Source: an uncultured Parachlamydiaceae bacterium
Lineage (GTDB): Bacteria; Chlamydiota; Chlamydiia; Chlamydiales; Parachlamydiaceae
DNA length: 64,000 nt
NCBI GenBank assembly: GCA_963742415.1
Contig: CAVULX010000004.1
Location: 704,001 to 768,000 of the forward strand
Reading direction: 5' to 3'
Under the pieces are notes generated by a model that saw only the letters and a program-made list of their open reading frames with translations, had not been told where the DNA came from and did not search any database. The translations under genes were made by a program, and so were the position numbers. The first letter of the stretch is position 1, and every line of letters begins with the position of its first letter. This document shows positions 31,414 to 41,622 of the stretch, piece after piece.

Positions 31414-32182
31414 AGTGCCTCCGCAAGGAGAGTAGATATTGAGTATAGGGGTGTTTTGGCTCATCGAAAATCTGGCAGACACTCCCGTGCTCGACAATTT
31501 CCCCTTTTTGCATGACAAGAATCCTATCGCAAAAGCTTGCAGCAAGGCCTAAATCATGCGTAATGAATAAAATGGCCATGTTGTTTTCTTTCTGCAGCTT
31601 TTTGAGGAGGTCTATGATTTGCGCTTGAACCGTTACATCTAAAGCTGTTGTTGGCTCATCAGCAATGAGCAGTTGGGGGTGGCAAGCAATAGCCATGGCG
31701 ATGGCGATCCTCTGCCGCATGCCGCCGCTAAGCTGGAAAGGATATTGCTTGAATCTATCTCCTGGCATAGAGATCCCAACTTGACCGATCAAATCAAGAG
31801 CTCGTTGAACAGCTATCTTAGATTTTACATGTTCATGCGCTGAGATCACTTCGGCTATTTGTTTTCCCACCTGCATTGTCGGATTTAGTGCAGTTAGAGG
31901 GTCTTGGAAAATCATCCCGATTTTCTTTCCCCGTATTGCACGCATTTCTCTCGTTGTTTTTTTTAACAGATTTTCCCCTTCAAAATAGATTTCCCCCGAC
32001 TCGATATGGCCAACTGGAAGAGTGAGAGCTTGCGCGGCCACACTTTTGCCGCTGCCCGATTCACCAATAAGCCCTACTGTCTCCGATCGCTCGAGGATGA
32101 AGTTGATACCTTTGACCGCATAAAAAGTTCCATGCGGGCGTTGAAATGAGATCTTAAGGTGCTTGACATCAAGAATCGTCAT
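31397..32182 (-). CDS. oppD: Oligopeptide ABC transporter ATP-binding protein
   Basis: GESGSGKS, LSGGMRQR, DEPTTALDV. Confidence 0.88.
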   Translation of the reverse strand: MTILDVKHLKISFQRPHGTFYAVKGINFILERSETVGLIGESGSGKSVAAQALTLPVGHIESGEIYFEGENLLKKTTREMRAIRGKKIGMIFQDPLTALNPTMQVGKQIAEVISAHEHVKSKIAVQRALDLIGQVGISMPGDRFKQYPFQLSGGMRQRIAIAMAIACHPQLLIADEPTTALDVTVQAQIIDLLKKLQKENNMAILFITHDLGLAASFCDRILVMQKGEIVEHGSVCQIFDEPKHPYTQYLLSLRRHYEASD

Positions 32183-33012
32183 ACCATCTCTTTTATATCA
32201 AAAGCATCCCTCAGCCCCTCTCCCACTAAGTTGAAAGCGAGGATGGTTATAGAAATGAAGATAGCTGGAAAAAATAGACGCCAAGGATAGTAGCTCATAG
32301 CGGGAAGCCCCTCATTCACCAAGGTTCCCCAACTGGCCATCGGAACTTGAACCCCTAATCCCAAAAAACTTAAAAATGATTCCGTAAAGATAGCTGAAGG
32401 GATAGTCATTGTTAAAGTGACAATAATCACCCCAAAGGCATTGGGAAAGATATGACGAAATAAAACGCGGCCACGGCTAGCGCCAAGGGCCGCAGCCGCC
32501 ATAACATAGTCTTCGGTTTTGATTTGCATCACTTGACCCCGCACGATCCGGGCCATCGTAATCCATCCTATGATGGTCATCGCTACGAGAATAGATGTCA
32601 ACCCAGGCCCCAAAAGGACCAAAATGAGGATGACAACAAGAAGATAGGGAAGGGCGCAAAGAACGTCGACGATCCGCATCATGATCTGATCGACAACTCC
32701 CCCTGCAAGTGCCGAAAAGCCTCCCCAAAATGCTCCTAACAACATATCAATGAGCGCTGCTGCGATTCCGATAAACAGGGAAATGCGAGCGCCATAACAA
32801 ACTCGGGTAAAAAGATCCCGTCCAAGCTCATCCGATCCAAACCAAAATTCTTGGCCGGGACTTTGATTTTTACTTTCAAGCTGCATTTCATCATACGCAT
32901 AACCGGAAACGAGGGGCCCTAAAACTGCAAAAAGAGCAATTATACCGAGCAAACATAATCCAGCTAAAGCCGGCTTACAGTGAAGAAATTTATCCAAAGC
33001 ATGTTTCCACAT
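32179..33012 (-). CDS. oppC: Oligopeptide ABC transporter permease
   Basis: FGSDELGRD, EAA-type loop YVMAAAALGAS. Confidence 0.9.
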   Translation of the reverse strand: MWKHALDKFLHCKPALAGLCLLGIIALFAVLGPLVSGYAYDEMQLESKNQSPGQEFWFGSDELGRDLFTRVCYGARISLFIGIAAALIDMLLGAFWGGFSALAGGVVDQIMMRIVDVLCALPYLLVVILILVLLGPGLTSILVAMTIIGWITMARIVRGQVMQIKTEDYVMAAAALGASRGRVLFRHIFPNAFGVIIVTLTMTIPSAIFTESFLSFLGLGVQVPMASWGTLVNEGLPAMSYYPWRLFFPAIFISITILAFNLVGEGLRDAFDIKEMV

Positions 33013-33021
33013 GGGCTAACC

Positions 33022-33972
33022 TTATTCCTTTATCGGCAGCGTTGCACGCGGATCTAAAATTACAAACAATGTATCTGCAAGGAATGTCACCGATAATAAT
33101 AGAACGCTATAAAAGACTGTAATTCCCATAATGACAGTGTAATCCCGATTTAATACGCTGTTGACAAACCATTGTCCAAGTCCGGGAATGGCAAAGATCT
33201 TTTCCACGACAAAGCTGCCAACCATCACGTTTACGATCAAGGGTCCTAAATAGCCCAAAATGGGCAAAAAGGCATTTTTCAAGGCATGGACGGTAATGAT
33301 GCGGGTTTCAGATAATCCTTTGGCTCGTGCTGTCCGAATATAGTCTTGACGTAAGACTTCTAGGAGGTTTGCACGGATCAAGCGCGCGATGAAAGCACAT
33401 GGAAGGGCCGCCAAAGCCAAGCAAGGGAGAAGGGATTGTTCCCAAGATCCCCAGCGCGCAAGAGGCAGCCATTGCAATTTGAGTCCAAAGATATATTGGA
33501 GGGAAGATCCTAAAACAAAATTAGGGATCGAAATGCTGAGGGCGATGATCCCTAAAATCAAATGGTCTTTCCAAGTTCCATGAGCTAAGGCGGCCCAAGT
33601 CCCTAAAAGCACTCCAAAAGGGACAGCTATAGCCAAAGCTTGAAGACCCAAAACAGCCGAAACAGGAAAACTTTCATTGATGATTTGGTTGACGCTGCGC
33701 TCTTTATAACGGAACGAGGGACCTAAATTCCACTGCGAGATCCCCTTTAAGTAGCGGCCAAACTGAATAGTCCAAGGATCCTCCAATCCATAGTGCTTTC
33801 TCAAAGCTTGGTGGATTGATGGGGGTAAAGCTTGTTCTTCATTAAAAGGATCCCCAGGCAAAGTTTTCATAAGCACAAAAGTTAAGGTAATAATGACCAG
33901 AAGGGAAAGCAGCATGGAAAAGATCCGAAAAAAAAGGAAATGAATAGAAGCTTTATACTGAAGTATACCCAT
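33022..33972 (-). CDS. oppB: Oligopeptide ABC transporter permease
   Basis: LPGDPF, DYIRTARAKGL, VEKIFAIPGLG; start codon uncertain. Confidence 0.9.
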   Translation of the reverse strand: MGILQYKASIHFLFFRIFSMLLSLLVIITLTFVLMKTLPGDPFNEEQALPPSIHQALRKHYGLEDPWTIQFGRYLKGISQWNLGPSFRYKERSVNQIINESFPVSAVLGLQALAIAVPFGVLLGTWAALAHGTWKDHLILGIIALSISIPNFVLGSSLQYIFGLKLQWLPLARWGSWEQSLLPCLALAALPCAFIARLIRANLLEVLRQDYIRTARAKGLSETRIITVHALKNAFLPILGYLGPLIVNVMVGSFVVEKIFAIPGLGQWFVNSVLNRDYTVIMGITVFYSVLLLSVTFLADTLFVILDPRATLPIKE

Positions 33973-33979
33973 ACTTTCA

Positions 33980-35569
33980 TCAATCGCCAAAAAAGGCGTG
34001 CTTAAAGTCGACGAAGCCAAGATCTGAAAAATAGGCCCCTAATAGTGAATCCGCTTTGACATAGTTGAAGGCTCCATAAAAGAGGGGCGCCACAGGCATT
34101 TCTGCCATCAAAATCCCTTGAGCTTCCCCTAAAAGCGCCAGCCGTTTTGTGTTATCTTGCTCGGCATCGGATCGATTCAAGAGCTGAATATATTCGCGAT
34201 TTTCCCAACCTGTATTATTAGTCGAAGTGTTTTTATATTTAAAAACTTCCAAAAAGTTAATCGGATCCCGTATGTCCGCATACCATCCTCCAAGGGCTAT
34301 TTGGTAGTTTTTTTGGGCAAGCCTGTCCAGAAAAACCTGCATTTCACAATTGTCCAATTGAATTTCTATTCCAAGCCCTTTTTTCCATTGTTGCTGGACA
34401 GCCTGGACGACTTTATTATTTCTATCATTGCCAACATAGCACAAAGAGATAGGAGGGAGCTCATCTTTGGACATCTTCATCTCTTCTAAAGCTTCTTGAA
34501 AAGCATACCAGGCCTTAGGAACATCATGGTCATCAAAATAATCTGAGCTTTTCAATCCAAAACTAGGAGGTACAATCCCTTCGGCAGGGGTCTGATTGCC
34601 TTGCGTTACATGTTCAACAATATCTTTCCGATTAATCGCCAATGCGAATGCACGCCTCATTTTCTCGGCCTTAAAAGGAGCTGACTCAACATTAAAACGA
34701 AACCAATGGGTTCCGGCAGCCGGGGCTATATGCAGGTGATGTTGATGTTTTAAGGTGGGGATTGCATCTTGAGGGATGGTGCCCATCGGAGATCCAACCC
34801 AATCCAGCTCTCCTAAACTAAACATCCGCAAGGCTGTATGCTCATCAAGAATATAAAGGAGGATCCCATCAAGACGAACTTCTCTGGAGTCCCAGTACCG
34901 AGGATTTTTGGCAAAAGAGAGTTCATTATGCCTTTTCCATTTTTTCAACATGAAAGGTCCATTTGTAATAGGGCGTTCGTCCGTTGAGTCAGGATGGACA
35001 GGATAGTAAAAATGGGTGGCTACAAGTTCTAGAAAATAGGCGGTAGGCGCTTCAAGTTCAACGATAAGGGTGTGGTCATCCGGAGCATGTAATTTGACCT
35101 CATCCAAAGGAATTTTTCCCTCTTTAGCGGCTTTTGCGCCCTTGATAACATACAATTGATAGGCGTTAGGGGCTGGGAAAGAGGGATCTAAAATGGTTTT
35201 CCAAGTGTTAACAAAATGCCCCGCAGTCAAAGGGGTGCCGTCAGACCATGAGGAAGGGCGCAACTTGAAAGTATAAGTCTTGCCATCATCAGAAATCTGA
35301 ACATCTTCCGCAATGCCGTTTTGCGGTTTGCCATGGAAATTTAGGCGCATAAGCCCATCATAGAGCCAATGGAGAATACTTACAGGGAGGAGCTCACGAA
35401 CCTTTCGGGGATCCAGCGATGTGGGATCGTCGATAGCGCTGATTTTGACAACTTCTCCCCCTTCAACAGCAAATTCTGAATCGATGGGAGCCTGCCGCTT
35501 TTTGCATGCAGATCCCATCAAGGCAATTGCAAGGGCAACGAAAATAGTGAAACAGCGAAACATGAACAC
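33980..35569 (-). CDS. oppA: Oligopeptide ABC transporter substrate-binding lipoprotein
   Basis: Lipobox-like MGSAC, SLDP, YTFKLR...WSDG, NGPF. Confidence 0.9.
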   Translation of the reverse strand: MFMFRCFTIFVALAIALMGSACKKRQAPIDSEFAVEGGEVVKISAIDDPTSLDPRKVRELLPVSILHWLYDGLMRLNFHGKPQNGIAEDVQISDDGKTYTFKLRPSSWSDGTPLTAGHFVNTWKTILDPSFPAPNAYQLYVIKGAKAAKEGKIPLDEVKLHAPDDHTLIVELEAPTAYFLELVATHFYYPVHPDSTDERPITNGPFMLKKWKRHNELSFAKNPRYWDSREVRLDGILLYILDEHTALRMFSLGELDWVGSPMGTIPQDAIPTLKHQHHLHIAPAAGTHWFRFNVESAPFKAEKMRRAFALAINRKDIVEHVTQGNQTPAEGIVPPSFGLKSSDYFDDHDVPKAWYAFQEALEEMKMSKDELPPISLCYVGNDRNNKVVQAVQQQWKKGLGIEIQLDNCEMQVFLDRLAQKNYQIALGGWYADIRDPINFLEVFKYKNTSTNNTGWENREYIQLLNRSDAEQDNTKRLALLGEAQGILMAEMPVAPLFYGAFNYVKADSLLGAYFSDLGFVDFKHAFFGD

Positions 35570-35642
35570 CCCTAATAGAAGCTAGCTGACAAAATAAGAA
35601 ATGGAACAGGAATATGCAAGAAAAAACAAATGAGGACATTCA

Positions 35643-35908
35643 AACCACAGAGCCAGTGAGATCACTGAGGATATTTGAGAACAAGGAGAGTACAATCTCT
35701 AACTATGATGCTTTATCTTCCTTTTTTTCAACAGGATAAGCATGATCGTAAACGGCAGGATGAGCAGGATAAAAGAAAAAAAATATTTATTAAATCGTTT
35801 AAACCTAATTATATTCCCACATCCTGAATCTTTTTATTCAATATCCTGCTTATTCTGCCGTTTACGATCATGCTTATCCTGTTTCTTCTCTGTGCTGGTC
35901 TGTGGTAA
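35643..35908. repeat. Nested palindrome: ACCACAGA arms enclosing a CAGGAT-family hairpin
   Basis: Outer ACCACAGAGCCAGTGAG...TCTGTGGT; inner IR at about 35731..35882. Confidence 0.88.
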
Positions 35909-35926
35909 TTATTTTTTTATAACCTG

Positions 35927-37066
35927 CTAGGCATTGCAGGCTTCGACGCGGGCACGCTTGTCAATCGCAAGAATGTGTTCCAAAGAATTAATAGTTTCCA
36001 AAGGATGGGCCTGCATCAAGGCTTCCAGTTTTTCTCCAATATCCAACCAAGAGATTTGTTTTTGCAAAAAACGATCCACTAGAACTTCATTGGCAGCATT
36101 CATGTAACAAGGAAGACTCCCCCCTGCTCGAATCGCATCGAATGCAAGCCTAAGGCAACGAAATTTTTCTAGATCAGGAGGTAAAAATTCTAAAGCTGTA
36201 TATTTAGTAAAATCGAAGGGGCGCAGCATTCCCGGAAAACGATCAGGATAAGACAAAGCATATTGGATCGGGATGATCATCGTTGGATTACTCATCTGAG
36301 CTAGAATCGAAAAATCGACAAATTCCACCAAGCTGTGAATTATGCTTTGCGGATGAATAACAACTTCAATTTTATGATAAGGAAGATCAAATAGCCAATG
36401 GGCTTCAATAATTTCTAATCCTTTATTCATCAAGGTGGAACAATCGATCGTAATTTTGGGTCCCATTTTCCAATTAGGATGAGCCAAAGCTTGATCTACC
36501 GATACCGATTTTAATTGTTCATAAGACCAATCCCGCAATGCCCCCCCCGAAGCAGTAAGGACAATACGATGAACCCTCTGGGTGTTTTCTCCATTTAAGC
36601 ATTGGAATAAGGCGCTATGCTCACTATCAATGGGAATTAAAGGCACCCCTTTTTTCCGAGCTAGAGCAGTGACAAGCACACCCCCCGAAACCAAGGCTTC
36701 TTTGTTCGCGAGCCCAACGGCTTTGCCTGCTTTAATAGCCTCTACAGTAGGAACTAACCCGGCAGTGCCGGACATGGCCGAGACGACAAAATTCACATTG
36801 GGATGGGTCGCTGCTGCAACAACACCCTCCATACCAGCTAAGATTTGCATCCTTGGATGCCGCTTTTGGAGTTCCTGGGCCTTATCTTTATCAAAAACAG
36901 CAACAACGGAGGGATGGAATTCCTGAATTTGCTTTTCTAATCCATCAATATTTTTATGGACAGCTAATGTTTCGACTTTAATTCTTTCAATTCCCAAATG
37001 GCGTGCAACCGCTAGAGTGCTCTCCCCTATCGATCCTGTGCTTCCAAGCAATGCAATTTTTTTCAT
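35927..37066 (-). CDS. dxr: 1-deoxy-D-xylulose-5-phosphate reductoisomerase
   Basis: LGSTGSIG, LANKE, PIDSEHSA, HPNWKMGPKITID, NKGLE. Confidence 0.97.
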   Translation of the reverse strand: MKKIALLGSTGSIGESTLAVARHLGIERIKVETLAVHKNIDGLEKQIQEFHPSVVAVFDKDKAQELQKRHPRMQILAGMEGVVAAATHPNVNFVVSAMSGTAGLVPTVEAIKAGKAVGLANKEALVSGGVLVTALARKKGVPLIPIDSEHSALFQCLNGENTQRVHRIVLTASGGALRDWSYEQLKSVSVDQALAHPNWKMGPKITIDCSTLMNKGLEIIEAHWLFDLPYHKIEVVIHPQSIIHSLVEFVDFSILAQMSNPTMIIPIQYALSYPDRFPGMLRPFDFTKYTALEFLPPDLEKFRCLRLAFDAIRAGGSLPCYMNAANEVLVDRFLQKQISWLDIGEKLEALMQAHPLETINSLEHILAIDKRARVEACNA

Positions 37067-37107
37067 AAGCACAGTATATAAAACCAAACTCTTAAAGGCA
37101 ATGGAAC

Positions 37108-37434
37108 TTATTGGCCGCCATAGATGTAATTGACATTCCCATTGCTGTCATAATACCAATAGAAATCGGAAGGATTGGGATAATTTGTCCTGCGAGGCGC
37201 CGGGCTTGGTGAATAGTAATAAGATCTATCTTGGTAGTAATATTGGGTGCTCTTCGTTCGCAATGCCGGGCCGCTATCATAATAACGGTCGTAGGCATTT
37301 GGACTTCGATCACGATCTCGGGCTGCAACGGTATCATCATCGGGATTTACGGGAGGATAAATCAACTCATCAAAGCTCGTCGCTAACATAAATAGCATGG
37401 CGGCTAAAGGAAAAACATAAAGTATTTTTTTCAT
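37108..37434 (-). CDS. Small exported Tyr-rich hypothetical protein
   Basis: Signal peptide MKKILYVFPLAAMLF; AGGGGG RBS. Confidence 0.6.
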   Translation of the reverse strand: MKKILYVFPLAAMLFMLATSFDELIYPPVNPDDDTVAARDRDRSPNAYDRYYDSGPALRTKSTQYYYQDRSYYYSPSPAPRRTNYPNPSDFYWYYDSNGNVNYIYGGQ

Positions 37435-37468
37435 AAAGCCCCCTTTTTTCCCTTTGGGAGTTAACCCC

Positions 37469-37497
37469 ATGCTAAACATTTACCGTTTGATTGTCAA
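37469..37497 (-). promoter_or_regulatory. Candidate sigma70/sigma66 promoter
   Basis: Minus strand TTGACA-N17-TAGCAT upstream of the 37434 ATG. Confidence 0.55.
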
Positions 37498-37648
37498 TTT
37501 TCAGTGTTCTTCGGTATATACTGATTTTATTTTTTTCTTTTCTATTTTCGGTCATTCCCTTATAATGGCGCTCATCTTTACGAAGAATTATTCTTTTCGT
37601 AAAAATTTTGAAACTGACAACCATTTATTATTGAGGGAGAAGGCACAC

Positions 37649-38021
37649 ATGCCGACCATTAATCAACTTGTACGACAACCGCGTAGTCCAAAGAAGAAAC
37701 GCAGCAAGTCGCCTGCCTTGCAAAAATGTCCCGCAACGCCGAGGCGTTTGCTTGCAAGTGAAGACAAAAACGCCTAAAAAGCCAAACTCTGCTTTGCGTA
37801 AAGTGGCTTGGGTACGTTTGTCAACAGGTCAAGAAGTCATTGCCTACATCGGCGGCGAAGGACACAACCTGCAAGAACACAGCATCGTGCTCGTGCGCGG
37901 CGGCCGTGTAAAGGACTTGCCCGGCGTGCGCTATCACATTGTGCGCGGAACGTTAGACTGTGCGGCTGTAAAAGACCGCAAACAAGGAAGATCGAAATAT
38001 GGGGCTAAACGTCCCAAGTAA
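37649..38021 (+). pseudogene. rpsL: 30S ribosomal protein S12, one apparent frameshift (probably an artefact)
   Basis: MPTINQLVR, then [10 protein letters not shown] and KDLPGVRY; extra base at about 37732. Confidence 0.93.
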
Positions 38022-38198
38022 CACTAGGATGTATCTTAATGAGTATCCTGGTTCGTCGATTCGCGCTTCTAAGCATCTGCAAACGCCAATCACGCACAGG
38101 TTGAATACGTTCAAGCCAGGTGAAATGATTAAGGTCTTCATGTATGATGTAAAACGATAACAATTAAAGACTGATGCACAATTAAGAATGAGGAAAAC

Positions 38199-38673
38199 AT
38201 GTCAAGAAGACGTCGTGCAGTAAAACGGGAAATCGCACCAGATCCCGTATACGGAAGCACTGTATTCGCCAAATTTATCAATAAAGTGATGGAACGCGGC
38301 AAAAAATCGATCGCTCGCCGCATCGTCTACAATGCCCTCGAGAAATTTGCCAAAAAAGTCAAAGCAGAAAATCCGACTTAGATGCTTTTGAACAAGCCTT
38401 AGAAAATGCAAAGCCCTCTCTCGAAGTGAAATCCCGCCGTATCGGCGGCGCTACCTACCAAGTGCCTATCGAAATTCCCCCCAACCGCCGCACCTCAATG
38501 GCCATGCGCTGGATCATCGCACACTCCCGCGCAAAAGCAGGCCGTTCTATGGAAGAGGGCTTGCGGCTGAACTGGCCGATTGCTTCAACAACCAAGGCAC
38601 CACGATCAAGAAGAAAGACGATACACACCGAATGGCAGAAGCAAATAAAGCCTTTGCTCACTACAAGTGGTAA
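38199..38673 (+). pseudogene. rpsG: 30S ribosomal protein S7, apparent frameshifts (probably an artefact)
   Basis: [23 protein letters not shown], ends AFAHYKW*; shifts near 38376 and 38561. Confidence 0.92.
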
Positions 38674-38686
38674 AGGAGATTAGACG

Positions 38687-40797
38687 ATGGCAAGACCAGA
38701 ACAACGAAAAGCTTAAAAACGTCCGTAATATCGGCATCATGGCCCACATCGATGCCGGCAAAACGACGACCACCGAACGTATCCTCTACTATTCCGGCCG
38801 CCTCCACCGCATGGGTGAAGTGCATGAAGGCGCTGCCACCATGGACTGGATGGAACAAGAGCAAGAGCGCGGCATCACGATCACCTCTGCTGCAACCACT
38901 GTCTTCTGGAAAGGATGCAAAATCAACATCATCGACACCCCTGGCCACGTCGACTTCACGATCGAAGTGGAACGTTCTCTGCGCGTTCTCGACGGCGCTG
39001 TCGCTGTCTTCTGATGCTGTATCCGGCGTAGAACCCCAGTCGGAAACCGTATGGCGCCAAGCAGACAAGTATGGCGTTCCTCGTATTGCCTTCGTCAACA
39101 AGATGGACCGCATCGGCGCCGACTATCTTCGATGCTGTTCAACTCGATGAACGAAAAACTCCATGCCAATGCGATTCCTGTCCACTGCCCTATCGGCGCA
39201 GAATCGGAATTCAAAGGCATGGTCGATCTCGTCACCATGAAGCGCCTGTATTCTTCCACGACGAAACTCTGGGTGCAGACTGGGAAGAAACTGATATTCC
39301 TGCCGATCTGCTCAGAACAATGCAAAGAGATGCGTGCAACACTGCTCGAAGAGCTCGCGACCATCGATGAGATCGAATGAAGCTTTCATGACGAAAGTCC
39401 TGGAAAATCCAGACTCCTTGACTGCAGAAGAAATCCATGCTGCCATCCGCAAAGGGGTGTTGCACCAATAAAATCAATCCTGTGCTCTGCGGCTCTGCCT
39501 TTAAAAACAAAGGGGTCCAGCAGCTTCTCGATGCAGTTGTCAACTGGATGCCATCTCCTCTCGATCGCGGAAGCATCAAAGCGCACGATCTGCACACCGA
39601 TGAAGATATCATCCTTGAGCCTGCATGACGATGCTCCATTTGCTGCGCTTGCCTTCAAAATCATGACCGACCCTTATGTCGGCCGCTTGACCTTCATCCG
39701 TATCTACAGCGGAACGCTGACAAAAGGGATGAACCTCATCAACAGCACAAAAGATAGCAAAGAGAGAATTTCCCGCCTGCTTGAAATGCATGCCAACAAG
39801 CGTAAAGACCGCGATGAATTCTTTACAGGCGATATCGCCGCTTGCATCGGCTTGAAAAAAGCGACCACAGGCGATACGCTCTGCTCTCCAGACAAGCCGC
39901 TTCTTCTGGAAAAGATGGAATTCCCAGAGCCTGTTATCTCGATGGCGATCGAGCCAAAATCAAAAGCCGACCGCGAAAAACTCGCGCATGGCGCTCTCAG
40001 CGCTCTTTCTGAAGAAGATCCCACTTTCCGCGTCTCAACAAACGAAGAGACCGGACAGACGATCATCGCCGGGATGGGCGAGCTCCACCTCGAGATTCTT
40101 CACGACCGTATGAAGCGCGAATTCAGCGTCGAAGCCAACGTCGGTAAACCTCAAGTTGCCTACAAAGAAACGATCACCATTCCAGGCAAGATCGCAAACC
40201 AAATTCGTCAAGCAGTCGGGCGGCCGCGGTCAGTACGCTCACGTCGAGACTCGAAATCGAACCGAATGAAAAAGGCAAAGGCAACGAGGTCGTCAGCAAG
40301 ATTGTCGGCGGCGTTATTCCAAAAGAATACATCCCGCCGACCATCAAAGGGATTGAAGAAGGGCTTGCCACAGGCGTTCTGGCAGGCTATCAGCCTAGTC
40401 GACGTCAAAGTCGCCATCGTCTATCGGTTCTTACCACGATGTCGACTCTAACGAAATGGCCTTTAAGATTTGCGGATCGATGGCGGTCAAAGATGCTGCG
40501 CGCAAGAGCCAAGCCGATCATTCTCGAACCGATCATGAAAGTCGACGTCACAACCCCGGAAGCTCATATGGGCGATGTCATCGGCGACTTCAACCGCCGC
40601 CGCGGTCAGATTATCGGCCAAGAAAATCATAAAGGGGTCGGTGATCGTCCACGCTGAAGTTCCTTTAAGCGAAATGTTTGGTTATTCGACCCAGCTGCGT
40701 TCCCTGACATCAGGCCGTGCGACTTACGTGATGGAGCCAAGCCACTTTGAGCGCTGTTCCGTCAAGAATTCAAGAAGAAATCATTAAGAAAGGTTAA
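38687..40797 (+). pseudogene. fusA: Elongation factor G, more than 12 apparent frameshifts (probably an artefact)
   Basis: [47 protein letters not shown] spread across frames. Confidence 0.93.
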
Positions 40798-40799
40798 GT

Positions 40800-41181
40800 A
40801 TGGCAAAACAAGAAAAACCTGCCGTGAAGCACGAAAAGCAGGCGAAACAAGAAAAACAGACACCGAAGCAGTCTGCCAAGACAAAAGATCCGCATCCGGC
40901 TCAAAGGCTACGATCAGCGTATTCTCGATCGTTCAACAGCCGATATTGTGGAAACAGCAAAGCGCACCGGAGCCGGCGTCGCAGGGCCGATCCCCTTGCC
41001 AACCCGCCGCGAAATTTATACGGTGCTGCGTTCGCCGAACATCGACCGCAAATCGCGCGAACAGTTTGAGATTCGCACACATAAGCGGCTTGTCGATATT
41101 CTGAATCCAACAGGAAAAACAATCGATGCTTTAAAGACGCTGACACTTCCAGCCGGGGTTGATATCAAGATTAAAGCCTAA
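40800..41181 (+). pseudogene. rpsJ: 30S ribosomal protein S10 with K/Q/E-rich N-terminal extension, one apparent frameshift
   Basis: [30 protein letters not shown]; extra base at about 40881. Confidence 0.92.
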
Positions 41182-41199
41182 TAGCAATTGCTCACGAAG

Positions 41200-41233
41200 T
41201 TAAAGCCTTTTTAGAAGACTAAAAAGGCTTTAA
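41200..41233 (+). terminator. Hairpin, probable terminator of the str cluster
   Basis: TTAAAGCCTTTTTAG-AAGA-CTAAAAAGGCTTTAA. Confidence 0.6.
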
Positions 41234-41240
41234 CAGATTA

Positions 41241-41498
41241 AAAATAACCACAGAGCCGGTGAGAGCCCTGAGGATATTTGAGAACAATAAGAAGGTTACA
41301 GGATAAGCATGATCGTAAACGGCAGGATGAGCAGGATAGAAGGTTCAGATTGCGGAAATATAATTAAGTTTTAAACGATTTAAAAAATTATTTTTTCTTT
41401 TCTCCTGATCATCCTGCCGTTTACGATCATGCTTATCCTGTAACCTTCTTATTGTTCTCAAATATCCTCAGTGATCTCATCGCCTTTGTGGTTATTTT
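41241..41498. repeat. Nested palindrome: ACCACAGAGCC arms continuous with CAGGAT arms
   Basis: About 95-bp arms, largely complementary, around an AT-rich loop. Confidence 0.92.
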
Positions 41499-41622
41499 TT
41501 AGACCGATAGGCATTGCTGGCCTTGCCAAATTTTCAGTGTTCTTCTATATGTTTAGGAATTGATTATTTTCACCGTGATCATAAACTTTAAATTAACCTT
41601 ATTTAGATGAGTCAATATTTAT

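Noticed and set aside
35742..35930. Small ORFs with similar SCLxCRLRSxLSC text (also 45012..45428, 11899..12243, 62226..62426, 24363..24572)
   Set aside because: They overlap the palindromic repeats, so their similarity comes from repeat DNA and gives no evidence of coding
37649..41181. Real pseudogenisation, RNA editing or programmed frameshifting of rpsL/rpsG/fusA/rpsJ
   Set aside because: These genes are essential, the restored proteins look conserved, and the indels mostly pair synonymous wobble bases, which fits a mixed consensus better
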